Origin: Nitrospirota bacterium
GTDB taxonomy: Bacteria; Nitrospirota; UBA9217
Length of the DNA: 64,000 nt
Assembly (NCBI GenBank): GCA_963737155.1
Contig: CAVTRN010000002.1
Span: 1,920,001 to 1,984,000, forward strand
Direction of reading: 5' to 3'
The translations under genes and the position numbers were made by a program. Each line of letters begins with the position of its first letter. Position 1 is the first letter of the stretch. Shown here piece after piece: positions 10,601 through 19,569 of this stretch. Below the pieces are notes generated by a model. It did no database searches. It was not told the DNA's origin and was given only the letters and a program-made list of their open reading frames with translations.

Positions 10601-11176
10601 GAGATGCGCGAGGCAGTTCCGAATCTGCTTTCGGGCATCACCGAAGGTTCGCGCCGGATCAAGGACATGGTGAACCGACTGCGAGAGATTTCCTGCGATG
10701 ACCGATCAGGTCTTAACGGTGTAGTTGATGTCAACGCCGCTGTTCGGAGTGCGGTGATGATACTGCAAAACCAGATCATGAAGTACGCGGAAAATTTTGC
10801 CTTGCTACTCGCCGAGTCACTACCCCCGGTAAAGGGTAGCAACCAGCAAATTGAGCAGGTAGTTATCAATCTAATCCAGAATGCACTGCAGGCGCTGGTC
10901 GACCGGCAAGATTTGATCATAGTGAAGACACTTTACGATAATGCGAAGCGCCAGATTGTTATCGAGGTGCAGGACAATGGCCGGGGGATATCACCTCAGA
11001 ATCTTAAGCATATCAGAGAGCCTTTTTTTACGACCAAAATGGATTCGGGTGGTACTGGTCTGGGGCTGTCCATATCAAGTTCGATCGTACAAGACCATCA
11101 CGGAACCCTTGATTGCCAGTCCCAGGAATCGATAGGGACCACGGTCCGGGTTATACTGCCGGAAAATGAAAGCTAA
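7631..11176 (+). CDS. Hybrid sensor kinase: N-terminal REC, multiple PAS domains, NtrB-type HisKA/HATPase
   Basis: VEDD..DLNLPD REC; repeated PAS-PAC (DITER/DVTDR); H-box VAHEVNNP; PFFTTK, GTGLGL. Confidence 0.92.
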   Translation: MKAVTMDPALFRIIIVEDDVTHAEAIVQSLKDTGMNVHSDVVGSIAEYHRCLDVCPPDIALIDLNLPDGRALELLTSPPETGTFPILVMTDQGNAQMAVEAMKAGALDYVVKSPTVIAEMPRIVVRALREWRLLIERRHIQESLRANEERYRHLFKNMLEGYALCKMLFVDGKPQDFIYVEVNEAFERLTGLSNVVGKKVSEVIPGIQESDSDMFEIYGRVSSCGSPARFETFRAALGIWLSIAVYSPEKGFFVAFLDNVTEHKKAEAALRESEERFRQMADQLLDALFVTDMKGLITYVSPASNRIFGWSPKEMTGRSYTEFLQVNEIPEAQNAFQKVITTGQDLRDFVLLMLRKDGSTFYGELNGSIYRVQDLTVGTVGVIRDVTDRMLSEKAIRKSKDLLNRTERVSKLGGWEYDVETKINSWSNEVYRIHEVSRDYDPNDIKQDMSFYYGEDRAVLEQAFWKAVNDGTPYDLELKFMTATGKPLWVRTIGETERRDGRIVRVFGNIMDITERRRSEEALRKSEKKYRDLVELTHDLVWSMDREGRITYISPVSLRIYGRAPEEMIGRLFTDFFPPDEIQRGLDTLERAIATEKSVLGYECRIFHQDGHAVNLMINASVLRDEMGNIVGVAGTSKDITYRKQAEDALRKSEERFRQYFELGLIGIAITSPAKGWLEVNDEICRILGYERNELMRMHWAELTHPDDLANDVSQFNRVLAGEIDGYSMDKRFIRKDGHIISTTISGKCVRRPDGSVDYLIVLIQDITERKLAEQIVAAQRAELAAIYENVPFIMVLIDKDLSVRKVNKLGAAFTDSLAADMIGARGGEALRCLFALDNPQRCGSGKDCAQCTLRRIIEDTLETGTIHDQVETTMRFFVNGKEQETVFLLSTTRLMFGSKIMALVTMLDITDRKRIEQEVRFAQTKLIQANKMSSLGMLVSSVAHEVNNPNNFIMFNSSLLSGAWKDIVPVLDRNAKEETAFRIAGLPYAEMREAVPNLLSGITEGSRRIKDMVNRLREISCDDRSGLNGVVDVNAAVRSAVMILQNQIMKYAENFALLLAESLPPVKGSNQQIEQVVINLIQNALQALVDRQDLIIVKTLYDNAKRQIVIEVQDNGRGISPQNLKHIREPFFTTKMDSGGTGLGLSISSSIVQDHHGTLDCQSQESIGTTVRVILPENES

Positions 11177-11275
11177 TTTAAGCTGCCGCTCACTCAGAAG
11201 AAATAATAACAGCACGAGTATCGGGTTCAAAACTCAAAACCTCTAAAACCTTTGCTTTTTCAGGAGACGTATCGC

Positions 11276-12682
11276 ATGAATGGGAAAAAAACCGTACTTT
11301 TGGTGGATGATGAACGACATATTCTCTACGCCGCGGACCTTACGATACGGTCCGCGGGCATCGCTGAAGTCGTTACCCTTGATGACAGCAGAAAGGTCAT
11401 GCCCCTGTTGGCGGACCGGAATATCGCTGTAATCGTTCTGGATCTCACGATGCCGTTCCTGTCAGGCAAAAAGTTGATGGAAGAAATTGGAAGGGAGTAT
11501 CCCGAAACAACCGTGATCGTCATGACGGGCTCGAATGATCTCGATACCGCTGTGCAATGCATGAAAGCCGGGGCTTTTGATTATCTCGTCAAGCCCGTCG
11601 AACAGGAGCGCTTTCTCACGAGCGTAACCAGAGCGCTCGAGGTGAGATCGCTTAAGGATGAAGTGATGTGCTTGAAACAGCATCTGCTGGATAACCGCAT
11701 CGAGTATGCACCGGCTTTATCGAGGATAATCACCGCCAGCAAGAACATCCAGTCACTATTCCAATACCTCATGGCGATTGCTTACTCAGGGCAGCCCGTG
11801 CTGATTACGGGGGATACCGGCGTAGGCAAGGAGTTGTTTGCACAGGCGGTGCACGACCTGAGCAAAAGGACCGGTCAGTTCATAGCGATCAATACAGCGG
11901 GTCTTGATGAGACAGTTTTCTCCGACACTCTGTTCGGCCATGTCAAGGGTGCTTATACCGGCGCGGACAGCAGACGACCGGGACTGATCGATAAAGCGGC
12001 AGGCGGTACACTTTTTCTGGACGAGATCGGTGATCTAAGGGAGGCGCTCCAGGTCAAGCTCCTGAGGCTTCTACAGGACAAGGTCTATTATCCGCTCGGT
12101 TCGGATGCGCCATCGCGGAGCGAGACGCGCATTGTGGTCGCGACAAATCAGAACCTTCAGGAGCGGATGGAAACAGGCATGTTCCGGAAAGACCTGTATT
12201 ACCGGCTCCGATATCATCATATTCACATTCCTCCGCTTCGAGAACGGAAAGAGGACATTCCTCTTCTGGTAGACCATTTCCTACAGGAAGCTGCGGTGGC
12301 ACTCAACAAATCAGTACCGACCGTCCCCATTGAATTGATAGCACTGCTCAATTCCTACGATTTCCCGGGTAACGTGAGGGAACTTGGCGCCATGGTCTAC
12401 GATGCCGTGGCACGCCACGGGCGCGGGGTCCTTTCACTCACGATTTTTCGCGAACACATCATGGAACTTAAACGTGCAACACGAAAAAAGAGCGGATCCA
12501 ACCACTCTGATCCGGGATCGTTTTTCGAGATCCAAGACAGATTGCCGACACTGAAGGAAGCAGAGGACTATGTGGTGTCGGAGTCCATGCGCCGCGCACA
12601 GGGAAACCAGGGGATTGCTGCTGCCATGATCGGTCTGACCCGACAGGCGCTGAACAAGCGGCTCTTGCGGGGAATGAAATGA
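11276..12682 (+). CDS. sigma54-dependent NtrC-family response regulator (REC-AAA+-HTH)
   Basis: LVDDE REC, Walker A GDTGVGKE, GAYTGA loop, FLDEIG, RKDLYYRL, PGNVREL, Fis-type HTH; start moved to ATG 11276 after AGGAG. Confidence 0.93.
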   Translation: MNGKKTVLLVDDERHILYAADLTIRSAGIAEVVTLDDSRKVMPLLADRNIAVIVLDLTMPFLSGKKLMEEIGREYPETTVIVMTGSNDLDTAVQCMKAGAFDYLVKPVEQERFLTSVTRALEVRSLKDEVMCLKQHLLDNRIEYAPALSRIITASKNIQSLFQYLMAIAYSGQPVLITGDTGVGKELFAQAVHDLSKRTGQFIAINTAGLDETVFSDTLFGHVKGAYTGADSRRPGLIDKAAGGTLFLDEIGDLREALQVKLLRLLQDKVYYPLGSDAPSRSETRIVVATNQNLQERMETGMFRKDLYYRLRYHHIHIPPLRERKEDIPLLVDHFLQEAAVALNKSVPTVPIELIALLNSYDFPGNVRELGAMVYDAVARHGRGVLSLTIFREHIMELKRATRKKSGSNHSDPGSFFEIQDRLPTLKEAEDYVVSESMRRAQGNQGIAAAMIGLTRQALNKRLLRGMK

Positions 12683-12953
12683 TTAAAAACAGTTGAGTAG
12701 TCCGAGTTGCGGGCCTTAGGTTTAAACTCGGAATTCAAGACGAACAACTCTCGCCTTCACCTCGGAACCGACCCTTACGACATTATTTGCGCGAAGACAT
12801 TTTTTGCTAACTTGCATTTCTCCATTCTTCCCGGTGTTTATCTCCTCTAAACCTCCATTACCTTTCCAGGGCGCGTTGTTCCGTCGCACGGTCCAACTAT
12901 AAACATCCTGGACTACCCTATCAAATAATTAAGAAAAAACGTCACCACTCTCC

Positions 12954-12968
12954 TGGCATAGTCCATGC
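12954..12968 (+). promoter_or_regulatory. sigma54 promoter upstream of the chemosensory operon
   Basis: TGGCAT-AGTCC-ATGC, just downstream of the sigma54 activator gene. Confidence 0.6.
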
Positions 12969-13091
12969 AATACCAATATCATGCGAGGTAATAAATTCTA
13001 TATCAAAAAACATATTGGTTGTTGCATAGTCCATGCAATACCAATATCACGCGAGGTAATAAGTACTATGTCAAAAAACATATTGGTTGTT
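12956..13091 (+). repeat. 68-bp imperfect tandem duplication covering promoter, RBS and start codon
   Basis: GCATAGTCCATGCAATACCAATATCA...AAAAAACATATTGGTTGTT at 12956 and again at 13024. Confidence 0.95.
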
Positions 13092-13442
13092 GATGATGAG
13101 GCATCCTTTCGATTTGCTGCAAGTTTATTTCTACGCCAGGAGGGGTATGAAGTGAGCCAGGCGAAGAACGGCATTGAAGCATTCGCAAAGATCATGAAGC
13201 GTCAAGAGCAGGGAAATCCCTTCGATCTAATCGTGCTTGATATCCAGATGCCGGAGATGACCGGGAACGAGGTATTTGACGCTATCAATGAGAATGGCGT
13301 TACAACACCGGTCATATTCGTATCAGGATACGCGGACGAACAATCCATCTGCACCCTGAACCAAAATGTAAACAGCAGACTGCTCAGCAAACCATTTGAA
13401 GCTAAGCAGATGATTCAGATGGTAGAATCGATGATAAATTAG
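13068..13442 (+). CDS. Single-domain response regulator
   Basis: [23 protein letters not shown]; ATG 13068 with GAGG RBS (the upstream ORF extension comes from the duplication). Confidence 0.9.
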   Translation: MSKNILVVDDEASFRFAASLFLRQEGYEVSQAKNGIEAFAKIMKRQEQGNPFDLIVLDIQMPEMTGNEVFDAINENGVTTPVIFVSGYADEQSICTLNQNVNSRLLSKPFEAKQMIQMVESMIN

Positions 13443-13444
13443 CG

Positions 13445-14665
13445 ATGATACTATTAAAAGCGAAAATACTCGACCGATATACACTTCTTCAGGTGATTCT
13501 GCTACTATTTCCGGCGCTTTTGGCATCCTTGATTAATAATGGGCCTGTGCGCGTTCTCGTTATTACTGCTGCGATCATCACCGCTGCCATCGCGATCACG
13601 AGTATAACCGGCTTAAAGGTCCATAGGGAGAGGAAGACGGCCGCTGAGGCGAATGAGCAATCCCTTCTAATCGTTGATAGCTGTGTAGCTTCGGTCAGCA
13701 GGAAACTTGCTGAGCATACCTTGCTCATCCCCGTGCTGAATAATCAGTTGAAACAGGTGATCGACGAAACGGAGACCGCTGCTCTCGGTATGGGTGAAAG
13801 ATTCACTGAGATCGTATCGCGTGCGCGGAGTCAGGCGGGACAGGCTGAAGGGGCGGTGCAAAGTTTCTCGGGCAGCGGTGATGGAACAGATAATGTTGTC
13901 GATCTGAGCAGAAAGGCCTTGTCAGAGGTGACCTATCGGATAAATGGGATTTGCGGTATAGCGCGTCAGACTCTTAGCGACATGGAGATCATTCTTCATG
14001 AGGCGGGCGATACCAGGGCAAGCATCGACCAGATTCAGTATATCGCGGACCAGACCAACTTGCTCGCGCTGAACGCAGCAATCGAGGCGGCCCGTGCCGG
14101 GGACCACGGTCGCGGCTTTGCCGTTGTAGCCGACGAGGTGAGAAAACTGTCTCAGAAATCCAACGATACAGCTGAAAAAATAAGAAAACACGTTGAGAAA
14201 GTTGAAACCGACATACGAAACATTTATGAAAAGACTGAACGAAATACGACAGCGACGGGCACGCTCTCGACAGAGGCGGAAGCAGTAGTGCACGAGACGA
14301 TGAACAAAATCGATGCGTCCATGAACAGCGCACGTGACAAGCTGAGTGTGATCAAGCAGGAGACCGAACATCTTGCCAGCGACATAGGGTCTATCCTAGT
14401 CTCCATGCAGTTTCAGGACATAACGCGTCAACGTATCGAGCATGTGATTGGTCCGCTGACCTCGGTCATGTCTGAAATTGAGGATCTTTGCAGCAGGATG
14501 AAGAACATACACGAACAGGTGACGCATGACCACATCCCTGGGTCAAAGGCCGTAATGCTTGAGCAACTCTACACCATGGAGTCAGAACGGCAGGTCTTAC
14601 GTGAAACGCTTAGGAGCGGAAATAATGATGGCCGTGCCGAGGTAAGTAACGTGACTTTATTTTAA
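13445..14665 (+). CDS. Methyl-accepting chemotaxis protein with short hydrophobic N-terminus and QFQD tail
   Basis: [36 protein letters not shown]; two N-terminal hydrophobic segments. Confidence 0.9.
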   Translation: MILLKAKILDRYTLLQVILLLFPALLASLINNGPVRVLVITAAIITAAIAITSITGLKVHRERKTAAEANEQSLLIVDSCVASVSRKLAEHTLLIPVLNNQLKQVIDETETAALGMGERFTEIVSRARSQAGQAEGAVQSFSGSGDGTDNVVDLSRKALSEVTYRINGICGIARQTLSDMEIILHEAGDTRASIDQIQYIADQTNLLALNAAIEAARAGDHGRGFAVVADEVRKLSQKSNDTAEKIRKHVEKVETDIRNIYEKTERNTTATGTLSTEAEAVVHETMNKIDASMNSARDKLSVIKQETEHLASDIGSILVSMQFQDITRQRIEHVIGPLTSVMSEIEDLCSRMKNIHEQVTHDHIPGSKAVMLEQLYTMESERQVLRETLRSGNNDGRAEVSNVTLF

Positions 14666-14870
14666 GGGAATGTCATAGATCGTCCCTGCTATAAGGTCGG
14701 TCGCAATCGGTGGTGCAGTGCCAAGAAAATATACCATCTGCACCGTGCAGGGGAAGTTAACCGTATTGTACGGAGGTTTTCCGACTACGTATATTACTCA
14801 GAGCTTTCGCGTTTGGAACTCGTTAAAAACATGTCAGGCGGTTATGCCGCGGCTTTAGGAGGAGAATAAT

Positions 14871-15236
14871 ATGGCGAACAATATTCTTATAGTAGATGAC
14901 TCCGCTTCTATGAGGCAGCTTGTATCATTCACCATTAAGGACGCCGGATTCGGCGTAATGGAGGCGGTGAATGGGAAAGACGCCCTTACCAAGGCATCGG
15001 GTGCGAAGATGGACATGGTGATAACAGACCTGAACATGCCCGAAATGGATGGTATCGAGCTGATAAAACAGCTCCGGAGAAAAACGGAATACAAGTTCAC
15101 CCCCATCGTTATGCTCACCACGGAGTCGCAAGAGGGGAAAAAACAGGAAGGTAAACAGGCCGGGGCCAGCGGTTGGATCGTAAAGCCCTTCAAGCCTGAG
15201 CAGCTTATGGAAGTGGTAAAAAAATTTGTTAAGTAG
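14871..15236 (+). CDS. cheY: Chemotaxis response regulator CheY
   Basis: IVDDS, TDLNMPEMDG, MLTTES, GWIVKPF. Confidence 0.93.
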   Translation: MANNILIVDDSASMRQLVSFTIKDAGFGVMEAVNGKDALTKASGAKMDMVITDLNMPEMDGIELIKQLRRKTEYKFTPIVMLTTESQEGKKQEGKQAGASGWIVKPFKPEQLMEVVKKFVK

Positions 15237-15291
15237 CCAAGCATTTCATCAGCCGTATACAACTATGTCGTTAGACAACAAGGAGTGAGGA

Positions 15292-15642
15292 ATGATCAAC
15301 ATCGACACTCAACAAGGCGAGGACCGCGAAACTGTTAACATTGGCGGCAGCCTCACGGTGGAACATGCCAGGGAAATGAAAGACGCGATCCAAAGCGCAC
15401 TGGAACAACGAGGCAAGAACATCGTGCTTTCGCTCGGGACAGTAACCAGGGCGGATCTAACGTTTTTCCAATTGGTCTGCTCTGCCCATAAGACAGCAAT
15501 AACAGCTGACAAGACCTTTAGTGTTGAACAATATCAACAGGATGTCCTGATGCGTGCTCATCGATCCATGGGATTCACCCGACGAGTTGGTTGTGCACTC
15601 GATAAAACGAAATCGTGCGTCTTCATGCTGATGAGCGCTTAG
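15292..15642 (+). CDS. STAS-domain protein of the chemotaxis cluster
   Basis: GSLTVEHA..VTRADLTFFQLVCSAH; position between cheY and cheA. Confidence 0.82.
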   Translation: MINIDTQQGEDRETVNIGGSLTVEHAREMKDAIQSALEQRGKNIVLSLGTVTRADLTFFQLVCSAHKTAITADKTFSVEQYQQDVLMRAHRSMGFTRRVGCALDKTKSCVFMLMSA

Positions 15643-15651
15643 GAGGCTTTC

Positions 15652-17760
15652 ATGTCAATGATGGACAAAGGTAACGAGGTCTTCCAGGAGGAAGCGAAGG
15701 AACTGCTTGCTGAACTCGAAGCGTCGCTTCTTGAACTGGAGGACAATCCGAATGACAACGACCTGATCAGCCGCGTGTTCCGGGCGATGCATACTATCAA
15801 GGGCTCAGGATCCATGTTCGGCTACGATGCGATCGCCAAGTTCACCCATGAGATCGAGACCGCATTTGACCAGGTCAGGAGCGGCAAGGTCGTCATGACG
15901 AAGGACTTAAGTTCCGTCAGCCTTGAAGCACGTGACCTGATCAAATCCATGCTGGAATCAGCTGATGGTGGGGCCGGACCGGTACATTCGGCCCGGGTCG
16001 CAGTAATCCTATCACGGCTGCGGAAGATCATGCCCGCCGCGCGAGAACAGGTGAAAAGAGACCCGGAAATGGCTGCCCGGGCGGCATCCGATTTCGGTGA
16101 GCCCGTTACGTATCGCATTTATTTCAAGCCTCATATAGATGTATTCAAAACTGGGAATAATCCTGCAGTACTTGTTGAGGAACTCGCCGCGCTGGGCGCG
16201 TGTACGGTAGTGGCAAGCACCGATGATGTCCCACGTTTTCAAGAGATGGATCCGGAGCTATGTTATACGGCCTGGAACGTCACGCTCACCACAGACCGTG
16301 GCAGAGATGCCATCCAGGATGTATTCATCTTTGTCCAGGATGACGCAGAAATCAAGATTGATCTGATCGGGACAGCCGAGGATGCCGGGCAAAAGAAGTT
16401 GGGCGAGATCCTCGTCGAGCAGGGAGCGGCTACGCCTGAGGCCATAGAGGCTGCTCTTGCCAAACAAAAAAGATTGGGTGATGTATTGCAGGAAGATGGT
16501 GTCGTGAACGCAGGCGCAGTGGAAGTCGCCCTGGCCGAGCAGCAGCACTTAAAGTCAATAAACGCTAAAAAGCAGAATGAAGAATCCGCCATGAGTGTAA
16601 GGGTCGCAGCGGACAAGCTGGACCGGCTTGTGGATCTCGTGGGTGAGCTGGTGACGGTTCAGGCGCGTTTTAGTCAAGCAGCGGATGAGAAGCTCTACCG
16701 TCAGACCCCTTTCCGGGCCATATCGGAAGAAGTCGAACGTCTTACTTCCGAACTTCGTGACAATGCCATGAGTATACGCATGATGCAGATCGGCTCGACG
16801 TTCAGCAAATTCAAGCGTCTGGTCAGGGACCTCACCAAGGACCTTGGTAAAGAGATCGAGATGACCACAGACGGCGCTGAAACCGAGCTGGACAAGACCG
16901 TGATCGAGAAACTGAATGATCCCCTTGTTCATCTGATCAGAAACAGCATAGATCACGGTGTGGAAATGCCTGCGGATCGCGAAGCGAAGGGCAAGCCGAG
17001 GGGCGGCGTCGTCCATCTTTCGGCCCGGCATTCGGGAGCTCAGGTCCTGATCACAGTGGAGGATGATGGGGCTGGTCTGGATCCGGAACGTATTCGGGCG
17101 AAAGCGCTAGAGAAGGGACTGATTCAGCCGGATGCGGTACTCACTGAAAAAGAGATATTCGCTCTCATTCTGTTGCCAGGTTTTTCGACTGCGAAGACAA
17201 TCACCAGCGTGTCGGGCCGCGGTGTAGGCATGGACGTTGTTAATAGGTCAATTGACGCTCTCAGAGGCACGATCGAGATTAAAAGCGAAAAAGGCGTTGG
17301 GTCGGCCATAACACTTCATTTGCCGCTTACCCTGGCGATCATTGAGGGGCTCATGGTCAAGATCAATAGTGACAATTTTATCATTCCTCTTTCTAATGTC
17401 GAGGAATGCGTAGAGCTGACTCGCAAGGACGTGTTGAATGCTCATGGACGGGATTTGGCGAAAGTGCGTGGCCAGATTGTGCCATATATTCGTTTGAGAG
17501 AGCGATTCTCATTCAGCGCTGATCGGCCCGACCGTGAGCAGATCGTGATCACAAGATCCGGCGATTACCGCGTCGGCCTGGTGGTGGATGCGGTTATCGG
17601 CAACCATCAGACCGTGATCAAGCCGCTGGGAAACTTTTACAGACATGTTGAGGGACTCTCTGGAGCCACCATTCTGGGAGACGGCAGCGTGGCGCTGATT
17701 CTTGATGTAGCAAAACTGGTACAGCTAGTGGAACAGCAGGAAATAGCAATTGCGAATTAG
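15652..17760 (+). CDS. cheA: Chemotaxis histidine kinase CheA
   Basis: HPt FRAMHTIKG; DPLVHLIRNSIDHG; SGRGVGMDVV; C-terminal CheW-like domain GATILGDG. Confidence 0.96.
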   Translation: MSMMDKGNEVFQEEAKELLAELEASLLELEDNPNDNDLISRVFRAMHTIKGSGSMFGYDAIAKFTHEIETAFDQVRSGKVVMTKDLSSVSLEARDLIKSMLESADGGAGPVHSARVAVILSRLRKIMPAAREQVKRDPEMAARAASDFGEPVTYRIYFKPHIDVFKTGNNPAVLVEELAALGACTVVASTDDVPRFQEMDPELCYTAWNVTLTTDRGRDAIQDVFIFVQDDAEIKIDLIGTAEDAGQKKLGEILVEQGAATPEAIEAALAKQKRLGDVLQEDGVVNAGAVEVALAEQQHLKSINAKKQNEESAMSVRVAADKLDRLVDLVGELVTVQARFSQAADEKLYRQTPFRAISEEVERLTSELRDNAMSIRMMQIGSTFSKFKRLVRDLTKDLGKEIEMTTDGAETELDKTVIEKLNDPLVHLIRNSIDHGVEMPADREAKGKPRGGVVHLSARHSGAQVLITVEDDGAGLDPERIRAKALEKGLIQPDAVLTEKEIFALILLPGFSTAKTITSVSGRGVGMDVVNRSIDALRGTIEIKSEKGVGSAITLHLPLTLAIIEGLMVKINSDNFIIPLSNVEECVELTRKDVLNAHGRDLAKVRGQIVPYIRLRERFSFSADRPDREQIVITRSGDYRVGLVVDAVIGNHQTVIKPLGNFYRHVEGLSGATILGDGSVALILDVAKLVQLVEQQEIAIAN

Positions 17761-17895
17761 GAATTAAATTTATAATTCTTATCCGCCGGGACGTTGCATA
17801 GCTGGTGCCCTCACCGTGAAATGGGGAGAGCTTGAAGGCAGCGCGGTTTATGACGAGCCAATGCTACTTGTAATGCTTAAATTGAGGTTAAAATT

Positions 17896-18504
17896 ATGGC
17901 TTTTACGTATTTTTTCAGAGATCTGCCGATACTTGAATTGATCACCAAGCATATGGTTCCCTATGTTTCGGGCCGCAGCAGGATCAAGGTCTGGGACGCA
18001 GGCTGCGCCATGGGACCGGAGCCGTATTCGCTCGCGATCATGTTAGCTGAGAGTATGAACAAGTTCGCATTCAAGAACCTGAAGATATTCGCCTCGGATC
18101 TCGATAATTGCGGCACTTTCGGTGATATCATTGCGAAGGGCGTATATCCCGAAGAGGAGGTCAAACGGATCCCTCCGGAGATCTTCGGAAAGTACTTCAA
18201 GCCAAACGGCAAGCCAGGGCATTTCGAGATTAGTCAGGAGGTGCGTGACTGCCTCATGTTCCAAAAACATGACCTGCTGTCCCTCCAGCCGATTGGACAG
18301 GACTTTAGCCTCGTCATGTGCAAAAACGTGCTGCTTCATTTTCAGCAGCCTGAGCGGATAGAGGTGATCAAGATGTTTCATGCCTCACTTGCTGAGGGAG
18401 GATATTTTGCTTCAGAGCAGACGCAAAAAATGCCGGTCGAGCTCAGCCATCTGTTTGAGCAGGTTAGCGGTGATGGACAGCTATACAAGAAGGTAAGTGT
18501 ATGA
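17896..18504 (+). CDS. cheR: Short CheR-type methyltransferase lacking the N-terminal helical domain
   Basis: Begins directly at TYFFRD; WDAGCAMGPEPYS; CKNVLLHF. Confidence 0.85.
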   Translation: MAFTYFFRDLPILELITKHMVPYVSGRSRIKVWDAGCAMGPEPYSLAIMLAESMNKFAFKNLKIFASDLDNCGTFGDIIAKGVYPEEEVKRIPPEIFGKYFKPNGKPGHFEISQEVRDCLMFQKHDLLSLQPIGQDFSLVMCKNVLLHFQQPERIEVIKMFHASLAEGGYFASEQTQKMPVELSHLFEQVSGDGQLYKKVSV

Positions 18505-19154
18505 GAGTCGTATGTTTGAAACGCGACAAGAACGTATACTCTTGCAATTCCTACTTTGTGCGGGGAGACTGGAACCGCATCGAGGACATGAATACGCTGA
18601 TAGACGCAGGTTCAAAAGACACACTAATTAACGATATTGAATGCACTTCAACAGGGCTCGGCAAACAGCCGCTCACGCAGATCGTCCTGACCCACAGCCA
18701 CTCCGATCATATTGCGGGGCTTATGGAGATAAAAAAGAGATTCAATCCGACTGTGTACGCATTCACAATGTTTGAGGGCGTTGACGAACTGCTAGTTAAC
18801 GGTCAGGTACTGGTAATTGCCGACCGTGAATTCGAGGTGATCCATACGCCGGAACACTCGAATGATTCGGTCTGTTTATATTGCGCTAAAGAAAAGGTCC
18901 TGTTCTCCGGAGACACCCCGCTCCACATCATGACTCCGGGGGGATCCTATGAAGAACATTTTATTTCAGTTCTCGAACGGATGGACCGGTTTGGTATTAA
19001 GACCATATTTTCGGGACATGACGATCCAGTAATCTCGTCTGCTTCTGATATGATACGCAACACGTTGGCGAATGTAAGAAAAAGCATCATCAAACGAAAG
19101 GAGGAATACTATCCTAATTCCATCGTTCAGGGGATTGATGAAGCAGGGTATTAG
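18501..19154 (+). CDS. Metallo-beta-lactamase-fold hydrolase
   Basis: THSHSDH (HxHxDH), HTPEHS, FSGD, SGH; ATGA overlap with cheR. Confidence 0.88.
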   Translation: MRVVCLKRDKNVYSCNSYFVRGDWNRIEDMNTLIDAGSKDTLINDIECTSTGLGKQPLTQIVLTHSHSDHIAGLMEIKKRFNPTVYAFTMFEGVDELLVNGQVLVIADREFEVIHTPEHSNDSVCLYCAKEKVLFSGDTPLHIMTPGGSYEEHFISVLERMDRFGIKTIFSGHDDPVISSASDMIRNTLANVRKSIIKRKEEYYPNSIVQGIDEAGY

Positions 19155-19191
19155 ACACCACAATAAACACGGCAGCCAGGACATCAAAATA

Positions 19192-19385
19192 AAGGAGGAG
19201 CGTAGGCAGTGGTTTGATAACATGAAGGTGTAGATAATGTTATTGTTTGGATCCCTTATTGTGGAAGTCATCGCAACGGCGATAGGCTTCTGAGGTATCC
19301 AGGGCCTTCGAAGATCGATGAGATGGACGCCGAGCCTCATGAGATCAAAATCGTGTCGATTTCGCAGATCTCCGATGCTCAATTA
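19192..19385 (+). pseudogene. Decayed MCP N-terminus (TM1 and start of four-helix-bundle sensor)
   Basis: AAGGAGG RBS, AGG in place of ATG, QWFDNMKV*IMLLFGSLIVEVIATAIGF*GIQG, then a frameshift into KIDEMDAEPHEIKIVSISQISD. Confidence 0.6.
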
Positions 19386-19569
19386 AGGTTCAAGCAAAAA
19401 AACACGAAGTTGCTGGTGGTGGCTATCAAAAAAGAGGGGATGTCAGCGGCAGCTTTGCGGATGATGAAAACAGTGAAAGCGGCGTAGGACGGCTTTTAAA
19501 AAGGAGAAACATAATTTTAGAAGCATATGTTCGACATGTTTAAAAAACAATATTTAAAAGGAGGTTACT

